Below are positions 25,849 to 35,286 of a stretch of 64,000 bases of DNA, in pieces. Origin of the DNA: Calditrichia bacterium (GTDB lineage: Bacteria > Calditrichota > Calditrichia > RBG-13-44-9 > J075); NCBI GenBank assembly GCA_028284905.1, contig JANQQU010000026.1, forward strand, positions 57,252-121,251, given 5' to 3'. Position 1 is the stretch's first letter. Every line of letters starts with the position of its first letter. Made by a program: the position numbers and the translations under genes. A model generated the notes under the pieces. That model was given only the letters and a program-made list of their open reading frames with translations, searched no databases and was not told the origin of the DNA.

Positions 25849-27414
25849 TTACAGGCTTATTCTCTTAATTTCATTCGTGAAGTAGTCTTCACTTAAACGT
25901 CCGGCTGCGAAATCGCTGATGATCCGGAATACCTGGTCGGAGAATCCACCGACATGGAGGATGTCCTCCCGCTGGTAAGTTTGGCTGGTTTGATACGGTT
26001 GAATATCCAAACATACCAGTTTTGCCTGCGGATTCCGTTGCCGGAACTTATTCCATTCCCACATCATGCCGGTGCCGTTTCTTCCACTCCGGGCATCAAC
26101 CCAGGACTGATTGTCGGAGACATACAATACCAGGTCGCCTTTTGCAGCGTTTTTGTTGAGCAATTTCAGCGGTGCGCTGCAATTGGTGCTGCCGCCACCG
26201 ATGTTTGCCAATTTTTCCGCATTGGTCATGATGCTGTCCCGGGAGTTCAGGCGAACTTTCACCACCCGGCCTTCGAAGGGAATTATTTCCGCTTCGCTAT
26301 TTTTCCGGAGCACTGCTGCGGCGACCAGCGCTGCGATATCGATACATCTTGCTTTGCTGGTAGCGCCTTTCCGGCTGCCGGTTGCTGCCGTCCAGGTCAT
26401 TGAACCAGAGACATCCGGGCAAACATAGACTTTGCCTTCAATTGCCGGCACATTTTCTACCGCGATTTCCATCGCATCTTGCAATGCGTTGATAATTTTC
26501 CGCGGTATGTCTCCGCTTGCCGCCAGGTACGCCATCATCAACTGATAGGGGAATACCCGCGATTTTGCTATGGCCGTCCGGTCTCTCAACCGCTCGGCGA
26601 TCATGGAGACGATTTCACCGGCATTGCCCTGGAATACACCTTGTCTGGCAAAAGTGTTCAGATTCATTCTGGTCATTTGCCAGGAGGCATTTTGAGCGAT
26701 AGCCGTCCATTCCCACTTGCCTAAAGACAGGGAAGTGAGCATCTGGAAAGGCACGTTCGGCATCGGCTGGTTCTTATCCGCCTTGTAGCTTTCGTATGCA
26801 CGAACAATTTCCGGGAGCATTTCCGCGTTATAATCCCGGCCGATCAGGTAGCCATAAAGCGCTTCCCGGCTCGCTGATTGCGGCTTCGGGTGAACCATCT
26901 TCAGAATATCGACGATCGAAGGGCTGTTGCCCACTGACGCCCGGAAGATCTGTTCGTCACTACGACTTTCCAGCCATTGCCGCACCAGTCGTTTCGGCAG
27001 GGTGCCAAGGGATTTACGTCCTACTACGCCGGAACGCATTATCTGAACGAAATTCCGCAGCATTTTGCCATTGTCAATTACCCGTTCGAATACTACCGGT
27101 AGTAATTCCGGTGCATCCACTGAAAGCCTGGCACATAACAGGGCGGGCATATCTTTCATATAGCCATATTCCCTGGCGTAGATCGCTGTTCTCGCGATAT
27201 ATTCAGCATCCACTTCTTCGCAAAGAGAAAGCACTGTTTCCAGTTGCATTCCTGCGGACGCATAGAATGTATCGTTGAGACAGCCAGTGACCGCGTATTG
27301 TGCCAATGCTTCTTCCGGGGAACGCTGGTATGCCGGTGCGCCTTCCTGATTTACTGCATTCGTTCTGCGCAGCATTCGTCCCCGAATCGATTGAAACAAA
27401 TTCTTGTTAGCCAT
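25849..27414 (-). CDS. rsr: Ro60-related protein Rsr (TROVE domain plus vWA domain)
   Basis: TROVE-domain N-terminus and a C-terminal vWA/MIDAS-like region. Located beside the Y-RNA-like array and rtcB, with rtcR divergent. Confidence 0.85.
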   Translation of the reverse strand: MANKNLFQSIRGRMLRRTNAVNQEGAPAYQRSPEEALAQYAVTGCLNDTFYASAGMQLETVLSLCEEVDAEYIARTAIYAREYGYMKDMPALLCARLSVDAPELLPVVFERVIDNGKMLRNFVQIMRSGVVGRKSLGTLPKRLVRQWLESRSDEQIFRASVGNSPSIVDILKMVHPKPQSASREALYGYLIGRDYNAEMLPEIVRAYESYKADKNQPMPNVPFQMLTSLSLGKWEWTAIAQNASWQMTRMNLNTFARQGVFQGNAGEIVSMIAERLRDRTAIAKSRVFPYQLMMAYLAASGDIPRKIINALQDAMEIAVENVPAIEGKVYVCPDVSGSMTWTAATGSRKGATSKARCIDIAALVAAAVLRKNSEAEIIPFEGRVVKVRLNSRDSIMTNAEKLANIGGGSTNCSAPLKLLNKNAAKGDLVLYVSDNQSWVDARSGRNGTGMMWEWNKFRQRNPQAKLVCLDIQPYQTSQTYQREDILHVGGFSDQVFRIISDFAAGRLSEDYFTNEIKRISL

Positions 27415-27470
27415 TTTATCTCTCCTTTGCGATAAGGTTAATTAAAGTTTCACTCGCTGTCTAATAGTAA

Positions 27471-27486
27471 ATCAATTGGCGTGCCA
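27471..27486 (-). promoter_or_regulatory. candidate sigma54 (-24/-12) promoter for rsr-Y RNA-rtcB
   Basis: Minus strand reads TGGCAC-GCCAA-TTGAT. The -24 element is perfect with correct spacing; the -12 element reads TTGA rather than TTGC. It lies about 60 nt upstream of the rsr ATG, in the region divergent from the sigma54 activator rtcR. Confidence 0.4.
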
Positions 27487-27632
27487 AAAAAAACACTCAT
27501 TGTTGAATGCTCTTGTTTTTTATGGATTTGTGTAGATTTTTAAAAAGAAAAAGAAAATTTTCAGAAATAATTGTAGCTTGTTTTTTATAATATTGTCTAT
27601 TATTTTATAAAAAATTATATATTCTTGCAGAG

Positions 27633-29282
27633 GTGAAATTGGTTCATTTACCCCGAAAGCAGAAGAGATCTCCGGGTAAGCCGAGAAATAAAGTTGTTCT
27701 TGGATTATTAGGGATCAATCTGGACGGCGGAAAGCGTGCTGAGCGTTGGGAGAAATGGCGACCCACCGTTTCGATATGTATGCATGAAGATTTTCTGGTG
27801 CACCGGTATGAATTGCTTTACGAGGAAAAACACTGGGAATTGGCCAAGTTTGTTGCAGCAGATATGCAGACTATTTCTCCAGAAACTAAAATCAATCTTC
27901 ATCAAATCAATCTGCATAATCCTTGGGATTTCGAAGAAGTATATGGGGAATTGCTTGATTTTGCCGGCACTTACAACTTCGACCCGGACAGTGAAGAATA
28001 TCTCATCCATATAACTACCGGTACTCATGTCCACCAAATTTCCCTCTTCTTATTAGTCGAAGCGAAATATCTTCCCGGCAAGCTGCTGCAAACATCTCCT
28101 CCGCGCCGGAAAACCGAAGAAAAAATCGGTACTTTTCGGATCATCGATCTGGACCTTTCCCGGTATGATAAACTTGCCTCCCGCTTCCGGGTAGAACAGG
28201 AGAAGGGGGTTTTCTTCCTGAAATCCGGTATAGAGACTCGTAATGCCGCTTTCAATAAATTGATCGAACAAATTGAGCAAGTGGCGATTTATTCCCGTGC
28301 CCCTATTTTATTGACCGGGCCAACCGGCGCCGGAAAATCCCAACTCGCCCGAAAAATTTATGCCCTTAAAAAATTACGCCGCCAGGTAGAAGGAGAGTTG
28401 GTTGAAGTGAATTGCGCCACGCTGCGCGGGGATACCGCCATGTCCACATTGTTTGGCCATGTAAAAGGCGCTTTTACCGGCGCGATGCAGGACAGACCGG
28501 GGCAATTAAAGCTGGCAGATAACGGCATCCTCTTCCTGGATGAGATCGGCGAGCTTGGCCCGGATGAACAAGCGATGTTGCTCCGTGCACTGGAAGAAAA
28601 ACGTTTTTTACCAGTGGGGGCAGATAAAGAGGCGAAGAGTGATTTTCAGTTAATTGCCGGAACCAATCGCAATCTGCAGAAAGCAGTAAAGGCGGGAGAG
28701 TTTCGGGAGGACTTGCTGGCGCGGATCAATCTTTGGACATTTCGCTTACCTGGTTTACAGGCTCGCCGGGAGGATATTGCGCCGAATTTACGTTACGAAT
28801 TGGAACGTTTTGCCCGGGAAAATAATTCCGCAGTCAATTTTAATAAAGAAGCGCGGGAAGCATTTATGGACTTTGCTACCGGCCCAGCAGCAGTATGGGA
28901 TGGGAATTTCCGCGATCTCAATGCCGCAGTTACTCGTATGGCGACACTCGCCCGGGGAGGACGAATTACCGGGGAAATTGTCCGGGATGAAATTGAGCGT
29001 CTGCAGGAAAACTGGCAAACAACAGATGGCCGGGAGGAGAGCGAAAACCTACTCGAGAAAATATTGGCACCAGAAGATTTGGCCGAATTGGATATGTTCG
29101 ATCGCTTTCAGTTGACTGGTGTACTGAAAGTTTGCCGGCAATCAAGCAGCCTTTCCGCTGCCGGTCGGGAACTCTTCGAAATGTCCCGCCAACGGAAAAA
29201 AAATGCAAACGATGCCGATCGACTGCGAAAATATTTGCAGCGTTTTGGAATAACCTGGCAGATGATTCAGGAAGTGGATTAG
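27633..29282 (+). CDS. rtcR: sigma54-dependent transcriptional regulator RtcR (N-terminal CARF-like sensor, AAA+ sigma54 activator, C-terminal HTH)
   Basis: N-terminus collinear with E. coli RtcR (…RWEKWRPT…SPETKINLHQINLHNPWDFEEVYGELLDFAGTYNFDPDSEEYLIHITTGTHVHQISLFLLVEAKYLPGKLLQTSPP…). Walker A GPTGAGKS and GAFTGA sigma54-contact motif. Confidence 0.9.
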   Translation: MKLVHLPRKQKRSPGKPRNKVVLGLLGINLDGGKRAERWEKWRPTVSICMHEDFLVHRYELLYEEKHWELAKFVAADMQTISPETKINLHQINLHNPWDFEEVYGELLDFAGTYNFDPDSEEYLIHITTGTHVHQISLFLLVEAKYLPGKLLQTSPPRRKTEEKIGTFRIIDLDLSRYDKLASRFRVEQEKGVFFLKSGIETRNAAFNKLIEQIEQVAIYSRAPILLTGPTGAGKSQLARKIYALKKLRRQVEGELVEVNCATLRGDTAMSTLFGHVKGAFTGAMQDRPGQLKLADNGILFLDEIGELGPDEQAMLLRALEEKRFLPVGADKEAKSDFQLIAGTNRNLQKAVKAGEFREDLLARINLWTFRLPGLQARREDIAPNLRYELERFARENNSAVNFNKEAREAFMDFATGPAAVWDGNFRDLNAAVTRMATLARGGRITGEIVRDEIERLQENWQTTDGREESENLLEKILAPEDLAELDMFDRFQLTGVLKVCRQSSSLSAAGRELFEMSRQRKKNANDADRLRKYLQRFGITWQMIQEVD

Positions 29283-29554
29283 CGGCTCAGGGATTTGAGT
29301 GCTTCGTTGAATGTGTTGTAGTCGATGTGCGCGTCATTGAGATATAACTTGAGCAATTCAACCGAGATGTTGTGGTTGTGCGGAATCGTTAATCGCCGGA
29401 AAGGGAAGTGAGTTTCCCGTAACACGGTAACGGAGACATTTTGAAAATCCTCTGCATAGCCCATCAACTTAAAGGCGCTCATGATGCGGTCTTTGTTGAT
29501 GCGCGGAACCTGAGAAATTTCGGCCGTGTTATTATTTGTTTGGTATTTTTTCAT
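29279..29554 (-). CDS. putative toxin partner of HicB-like antitoxin (weak HicA-like resemblance)
   Basis: 91 aa. Overlaps the upstream 60-aa HicB-like gene by 23 nt. Its C-terminus (…TIPHNHN.SVELLKLYL…) loosely resembles the HicA …VPHP…L..IL… segment. Confidence 0.35.
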   Translation of the reverse strand: MKKYQTNNNTAEISQVPRINKDRIMSAFKLMGYAEDFQNVSVTVLRETHFPFRRLTIPHNHNISVELLKLYLNDAHIDYNTFNEALKSLSR

Positions 29555-29714
29555 GACGTTGCTTATAGCTTATAATGTACGCTTCAATCGCCGATCTTAA
29601 CAAATTCCTGGCAGCCTCCGGCGTGGTGGCTTCCACATGACAACCTTCCAGATTGGGACATGTGCCGATGTAGAGATCTTCTGCTACTTTACGAATGACA
29701 ATGCGTAACTTCAT
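29532..29714 (-). CDS. HicB-like (UPF0150) antitoxin-domain protein
   Basis: …DLYIGTCPNLEGCHVEATTPEAARNLLRSAIEAYI… matches the HicB/UPF0150 core (…PDLPGC…G.T.EEA……AIE.Y…). Confidence 0.55.
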   Translation of the reverse strand: MKLRIVIRKVAEDLYIGTCPNLEGCHVEATTPEAARNLLRSAIEAYIISYKQRHEKIPNK

Positions 29715-30168
29715 ACCCTGCTTTTTTATTTTCGAAGGTTAATATATGCCAAATACGTCACATTTCCAACTGTATTGTCGAACTTGCCAAATTATACGCT
29801 CCTCTAAAAATTATCTTAGATGTTAAGAAAAGTTGCCGAAATATCAAAAATTCAAAAGACAGTATAAAACCAACAACTTTTCGATTGTTTGTGAATATTC
29901 TTCGATTTGCTTAAATAATGTGGCGCTGCAAAAGATTTCAGAAAAAATATCAATTGAATTATCCCTGCGAAATAAGTAGTCTTTATTGCTGGCTTGGTTT
30001 TGCGCCGTAGGTGAATCCATGGCGAATTGTCAAATGCCCGCATAAGCGGGTTCGTTTTCCATCATTAGTGATGTTTAGTGATTGGCCGCTGATTGCTAAT
30101 AACCCTGAAAGTAAATAATCCAATTTATCTCAATCGGAGAAATATAAACGCAAGCGAGGAGATTCCTG

Positions 30169-33100
30169 ATGAAGCGATTCTTTTACAGCTGTCTGCTAAT
30201 ACTGATTTCTACTAATTTGGCAGCCGCACCTCCCAAAGGAAAAAATGACAAATCGAAAGAGAACAAGCTGGATGCTTCCCTGTTTTCCGGGTTGAAATTT
30301 CGCGGCGTGGGGCCGGCGTTAACCTCAGGACGTATTATTGACTTTGCCGTCCACCCGGAAAATCGCAAAATTTATTATGCAGCCATCGCTTCCGGCGGTG
30401 TCTGGAAAACTATCAATTCCGGTACTACCTGGCAACCGATATTTGATGGGCAGAATTCCTACTCAATTGGTTGCATAACGCTGGATCCGAATAATCCGCA
30501 TGTGGTTTGGGTCGGCAGCGGGGAGAACAACAGTCAGCGTAGTGTCGGTTATGGCGATGGCGTTTATAAATCTCTCGATGGCGGCGCATCCTGGAAGCAC
30601 ATGGGGTTGAAAACCTCCGAACATATTGGGATGATTGCCGTTGATCCGCGCAATAGCAACGTTGTTTACGTCGCCTCGCAGGGGCCGCTTTGGTCGGAAG
30701 GTGGCGAACGTGGGTTGTATAAAAGCACCAATGGTGGCGATAAATGGGATAACATCCTTTCCGTAGATGAGCATACTGGCATCAGCGAAGTCCATTTTGA
30801 TCCCCGTAATCCCGATGTGCTCTACGCGATTGCCTACCAGCGTCGTCGTCATGTCTGGACGTTGATTAACGGCGGTCCGGGATCGACCATCTACAAATCC
30901 GAAGATGCCGGAAAAAACTGGCGGAAAATCGAAAGTGGATTACCGGCCGGTAAGATGGGAAGAATCGGCATGGATATTTCTCCGGCGAATCCGGATGTCC
31001 TTTACGCAGTCGTAGAAGGCGAGCGGGGAAAAAGCGGTTTCTTTCGTTCGACCAATCGCGGGGCCAGCTGGCAGAAGCAGAGCGGATACGTAAGCCGCAG
31101 TCCGCAATATTACCAGGAGCTAATTTGCGATCCGTTGAACGTCGACCGGGTCTACTCCATGGACGTTTATATGAAAGTAACCCATGATGGTGGAAAAACT
31201 TTCATAAATGCCGGGGAGAGCAAAAAGCATGTCGACAATCACTGCCTCTGGATTGACCCTGCCGATACCGATTATCTCCTCGCCGGTTGCGATGGCGGCA
31301 TCTACGAAAGTTTTGATCGTGGCCAGAACTGGCATTACAAGGCCAATCTGCCGGTAACCCAGTTCTATAAAGTAGAAGTCGATAACGACTTTCCTTTCTA
31401 CAATATTTATGGCGGCACGCAGGATAATTTTACGCTGGGCGGCCCGGCGCGCACCAATTCCGCCAGCGGCATCGTTAATAGCGATTGGTTCGTTACCCTT
31501 GGTGGCGATGGCTTCGAACCGCAAATCGATCCGGAAGATCCCAATATCGTTTATTCCCAATATCAGCATGGCAACTTATATCGCTTCGATAAACGCAGCG
31601 GGGAAGCGATAGAAATTAAGCCGAAAGTGGGGAAAGGCGAGCCGCCGCTGAAATGGAATTGGGATTCTCCCCTGAAGATCAGTCCGCACCAGAATACCCG
31701 TCTCTACTTTGGGGCCAATATTCTTTATCGCAGTGATGACCGCGGCGATTCCTGGCGGGCGATCAGTGGTGATCTCACCCGGCAAGTCGACCGCAATAAA
31801 CTAAAGGTGATGGGTAAAGTCTGGAGCGTGGATGCGATTTCGAAAAACCGCTCGACCTCAATCTATGGCAACCTGGTTGCCCTAGATGAATCGCCGTTAC
31901 AGGAAGGGCTAATCTATGCCGGTAGCGACGATGGCGTTGTCAGTATTACCGAAGATGGTGGCGCCAATTGGCAAAAAATTATGCGCATCCAGGGCGTGCC
32001 GGAAATGACCTACGTGAATTGCCTGACCGCCTCACTCCATGATGCCAATACTGTTTTTGCCGCTTTTAACAATCATAAGCGCGGGGATTTTAAACCATAT
32101 CTTTTCAAGAGTAATGACCGTGGAAAAAGCTGGCAGTCGATTGCCGGAAATTTACCGGAAAGAGGATCGGTTTACGCGATTATGCAGGACCATGTGAAAC
32201 CGGATCTGCTCTTTGCCGGCACCGAATTTGGTGTATTCTTTAGCATTGATGGTGGCAAAGAATGGGTACAGATGAAAAGTGGGGTGCCGACCATCGCTGT
32301 GCGGGACATTTCCCTGCAGCGCCGTGAGAACGACGTTGTTCTCGGAACGTTCGGGCGGGGATTTTATGTGCTGGACGACTACACGCCGCTGCGCCACATC
32401 ACCCCGGAAGTTTTGAAAGCAGAAGCGACTCTGTTCCCGGTTAAAAAGACCTGGATGTTCATCGAAGCGACCCCGATGGGTGGAGAAGGTAGTTCTTTCC
32501 AGGGCGCGTCGTTCTATACCGCACCGAATCCGCCAGTAGGAGCGGTCTTTACCTACATGCTGAAAGAAAGTTATCAAACCCGGAAGCAGTTGCGGAAAAA
32601 GAAAGAAAAGAAAACTGAGAAGGACGGCGGTACCGTTTACTATCCGCCCTGGGAAGATTTACGAGCAGAAATGCGCGAAGAAAAACCGGCGATCATATTC
32701 ACAGTGCGGGACGATGCCGGCAACGTTGTTCAACGCTTTACCGGCCCGGCCAGCAAAGGGATGCACCGCGTGGTTTGGAATCTCCGCCATGCTGCGATGG
32801 AACCGTCCGGCACAAAAGCACGCAATAGTGAAGACTGGCCGCAGGGATATCTTGCCCTGCCCGGCACCTACACAGTATCCATGGAAAAGATGATCGATGG
32901 TGAACTGACCGCCCTCGGTACACCACAGTCATTTGTCTGCGAGCCGCTGGATTGGCATACCCTGCCGGTTGGCGACCGCGCAGCTGCATTAGCATTCCGG
33001 GAAAAAGCCGCGAAGCTGCAGCGGGCGGTATCTGCCGCTGGTGGCGTTTTTGGGGAAACCGAGAAACGCATCAAGCATATCAAGCAGGGATTGATGGATA

Positions 33101-33450
33101 CACCAAATATTAATCCGGCACTTATGAGCGAGATTCGCACCATCGAAAACCGCCTGAAAGATCTGAGGATCACCTTCTATGGCGATCCGATTCCCCGCCG
33201 TTACTACGAACCGGTACCGCCTTCAATCAACAGCCGATTGTATAATATGGTTTACAGTTTATGGTATGTTTCCACTGGCCCAACGGTAACTAATCAGCAA
33301 GCTTACGACATTGCTGCCGAGGAATTTGCAACCTTATTACCGCAATTGCGAAAGATTGTTCAGGATGACCTCGTCCGCATCGAAGCTGAGATGGAAAAAG
33401 CCGGCGCTCCCTGGACGCCTGGTCGCTTTCCGGATTGGCAGCGGGATTAG
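30169..33450 (+). CDS. large secreted BNR/Asp-box (sortilin/Vps10-like) beta-propeller protein
   Basis: Signal peptide followed by many S-x-D-x-G-x-T/S-W Asp-box repeats (KSLDGGASW, KSTNGGDKW, RSTNRGASW, and others). Confidence 0.7.
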   Translation: MKRFFYSCLLILISTNLAAAPPKGKNDKSKENKLDASLFSGLKFRGVGPALTSGRIIDFAVHPENRKIYYAAIASGGVWKTINSGTTWQPIFDGQNSYSIGCITLDPNNPHVVWVGSGENNSQRSVGYGDGVYKSLDGGASWKHMGLKTSEHIGMIAVDPRNSNVVYVASQGPLWSEGGERGLYKSTNGGDKWDNILSVDEHTGISEVHFDPRNPDVLYAIAYQRRRHVWTLINGGPGSTIYKSEDAGKNWRKIESGLPAGKMGRIGMDISPANPDVLYAVVEGERGKSGFFRSTNRGASWQKQSGYVSRSPQYYQELICDPLNVDRVYSMDVYMKVTHDGGKTFINAGESKKHVDNHCLWIDPADTDYLLAGCDGGIYESFDRGQNWHYKANLPVTQFYKVEVDNDFPFYNIYGGTQDNFTLGGPARTNSASGIVNSDWFVTLGGDGFEPQIDPEDPNIVYSQYQHGNLYRFDKRSGEAIEIKPKVGKGEPPLKWNWDSPLKISPHQNTRLYFGANILYRSDDRGDSWRAISGDLTRQVDRNKLKVMGKVWSVDAISKNRSTSIYGNLVALDESPLQEGLIYAGSDDGVVSITEDGGANWQKIMRIQGVPEMTYVNCLTASLHDANTVFAAFNNHKRGDFKPYLFKSNDRGKSWQSIAGNLPERGSVYAIMQDHVKPDLLFAGTEFGVFFSIDGGKEWVQMKSGVPTIAVRDISLQRRENDVVLGTFGRGFYVLDDYTPLRHITPEVLKAEATLFPVKKTWMFIEATPMGGEGSSFQGASFYTAPNPPVGAVFTYMLKESYQTRKQLRKKKEKKTEKDGGTVYYPPWEDLRAEMREEKPAIIFTVRDDAGNVVQRFTGPASKGMHRVVWNLRHAAMEPSGTKARNSEDWPQGYLALPGTYTVSMEKMIDGELTALGTPQSFVCEPLDWHTLPVGDRAAALAFREKAAKLQRAVSAAGGVFGETEKRIKHIKQGLMDTPNINPALMSEIRTIENRLKDLRITFYGDPIPRRYYEPVPPSINSRLYNMVYSLWYVSTGPTVTNQQAYDIAAEEFATLLPQLRKIVQDDLVRIEAEMEKAGAPWTPGRFPDWQRD

Positions 33451-33530
33451 ATAGGAGATTAGGCTTTAGGGGATTAGGCGATAGGCCATGCAAGAAATCC
33501 TTGGATTCTAATCCCCTTAACACCTAAAAC
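33443..33530. repeat. TTAGG-type palindromic intergenic element
   Basis: gattaggctttaggggattaggcgatagg on one arm and ctaatccccttaacacctaaaac on the other. Shares the 15-mer ttaggggattaggc with the element at 54057-54207. Confidence 0.65.
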
Positions 33531-33547
33531 TCTTTAAGGAATTTGTC

Positions 33548-35101
33548 ATGAAAATATTTTGTTATTTGAGTGTTTTCGCATTTTGCTTTTTTCTCAGTTG
33601 TGCGACACCGGCGATTTCGCAGGATCTGGATTTGGGAGAGATTGATTTCCCTAACTCCGGTGCAGCGGCTGCGCAGGATGCCTTCATCCAAGGTGTGCTA
33701 TTGCTGCACAGCTTTGAATATTGGGATGCCCGTCGTGCGTTTCAGAAGGCGCAGGATGTAGACCCGGATTTTGCCTTGGCCTATTGGGGCGAGGCGATGA
33801 CGCATAATCATCCGGTATGGGCGCGGGAAAATGTCTCTTCCGGTAAAGCTGCGCTGGCAAAACTGGGAGGCAGTAGTGAAGCCAGGATGGCAAAGGCGCC
33901 TACTGAGCGGGAGAAAGATTATCTACGAACTCTGGATATTCTTTTTGGAGAAGGTGATAAGGTAACCCGCAATCTTGCCTACATGGAAGCGATGAAGGCG
34001 TTGGCGGAAAAATATCCGGATGATCACGAAGCTGCCAGTTTTTACTCGCTCTCAATCCTTGGTACTGCCCAGGGAAAGCGTGATTTTCGCATCTACATGC
34101 GCGCCGGTGCGGTGGCTCAGAAAGTGTTCGAAAAAAATCCCCGTCATCCCGGCGCTGCTCATTATGTCATCCATTCATTTGATGATCCGATTCATGCCCC
34201 GTTGGGACTGCCGGCAGCGCATGTCTATGCCGATATTGCCCCGGACGCGCCGCATGCCCTGCACATGCCTTCGCACATCTTTATGGCGCTGGGAATGTGG
34301 GAGGAATCTTCGAAAACAAATATCGCTTCCCGGGCGGCGTCTCTGAAGAAAGGAGACCATGGGCTGCATGCGACCTGGTGGCTCACTTACAGCCATCTGC
34401 AGGAAGGAATGTATGATGCAGCAATGACCCTGATCGAAGATGTGGAAGCACGTTTGAAGCGCAGCCCATCCCGGCATTTGCGTAATCATCTCGCTTATAT
34501 GAAAGCGGCATATCTTGTCGAAACCCGCCAGTGGGATGCCGTTTCGCTGCCGGAAACGATCAATCCATCCGACTATCGCCTGCAGGGAAGCTCGACGGTA
34601 TATTTTACCAACGGCTTACGGGCGTATCATCAGGATAAACTGGCAGCGCTGGAGACTGCTTTTGCGAATCTAAAATCGTTGCCAACCAATACTGCTCGCT
34701 ATTCCGATGAAGAAGCGTTGGAAGTAATGGTAAAAATTCTGGAAGGATTGGTGGCTTACCAAAAAGGAGCGAATCGTGCCGCATTGACTTCCCTGGAGGC
34801 GGCAATTAAGCTGCAGGAAGCAATGAGTCTGGAGTTTGGTCCCCCAATTCCAGTAAAGCCGGTCTATGAGATTTACGGAGAAGTGTTGATGGCAATGAAT
34901 CGCCCGGCAGCGGCGCAGGAAGCATTCCGTAACGCACTCTTTAGAGAACCCGGCAGGGCACTGGGACTGCTGGGAATGGCCCGGGCAGCAAAGGCTGCCG
35001 GGAACGAGGAAGTTAGCGAAAAAGCGTATCAGGATCTCGCCGAAGTTTGGAGAGCGGCAGATGAAAATTTACCGGAAGCCGCAGAATTGGACACGCGTTA
35101 G
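33548..35101 (+). CDS. TPR-like lipoprotein of unknown function
   Basis: Signal peptide with LSC lipobox. Alpha-helical repeats throughout. Confidence 0.55.
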   Translation: MKIFCYLSVFAFCFFLSCATPAISQDLDLGEIDFPNSGAAAAQDAFIQGVLLLHSFEYWDARRAFQKAQDVDPDFALAYWGEAMTHNHPVWARENVSSGKAALAKLGGSSEARMAKAPTEREKDYLRTLDILFGEGDKVTRNLAYMEAMKALAEKYPDDHEAASFYSLSILGTAQGKRDFRIYMRAGAVAQKVFEKNPRHPGAAHYVIHSFDDPIHAPLGLPAAHVYADIAPDAPHALHMPSHIFMALGMWEESSKTNIASRAASLKKGDHGLHATWWLTYSHLQEGMYDAAMTLIEDVEARLKRSPSRHLRNHLAYMKAAYLVETRQWDAVSLPETINPSDYRLQGSSTVYFTNGLRAYHQDKLAALETAFANLKSLPTNTARYSDEEALEVMVKILEGLVAYQKGANRAALTSLEAAIKLQEAMSLEFGPPIPVKPVYEIYGEVLMAMNRPAAAQEAFRNALFREPGRALGLLGMARAAKAAGNEEVSEKAYQDLAEVWRAADENLPEAAELDTR

Positions 35102-35135
35102 TTTTGTGTTTAACAAACGAACGATTAAAAAGATT

Positions 35136-35247
35136 GAATGTCCAATATCCAATGCTCAATATCCAATGTTGAAGTTGCAAAACCGCTCCGGAGGTTCTAG
35201 CATACTTGGAAATTGAGCATTGGATGTTGGACATTGGACATTGAAAA
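35136..35247. repeat. CCAAT-type imperfect palindrome (long hairpin)
   Basis: Arm aatgtccaatatccaatgctcaatatccaatg and arm cattggatgttggacattggacatt flank a center containing the ctccggag palindrome. Sits between the TPR gene and tesB. Confidence 0.6.
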
Positions 35248-35286
35248 GTTTGCAGTAAAAAAACAAGATGAACTCAGGAAAGATAA

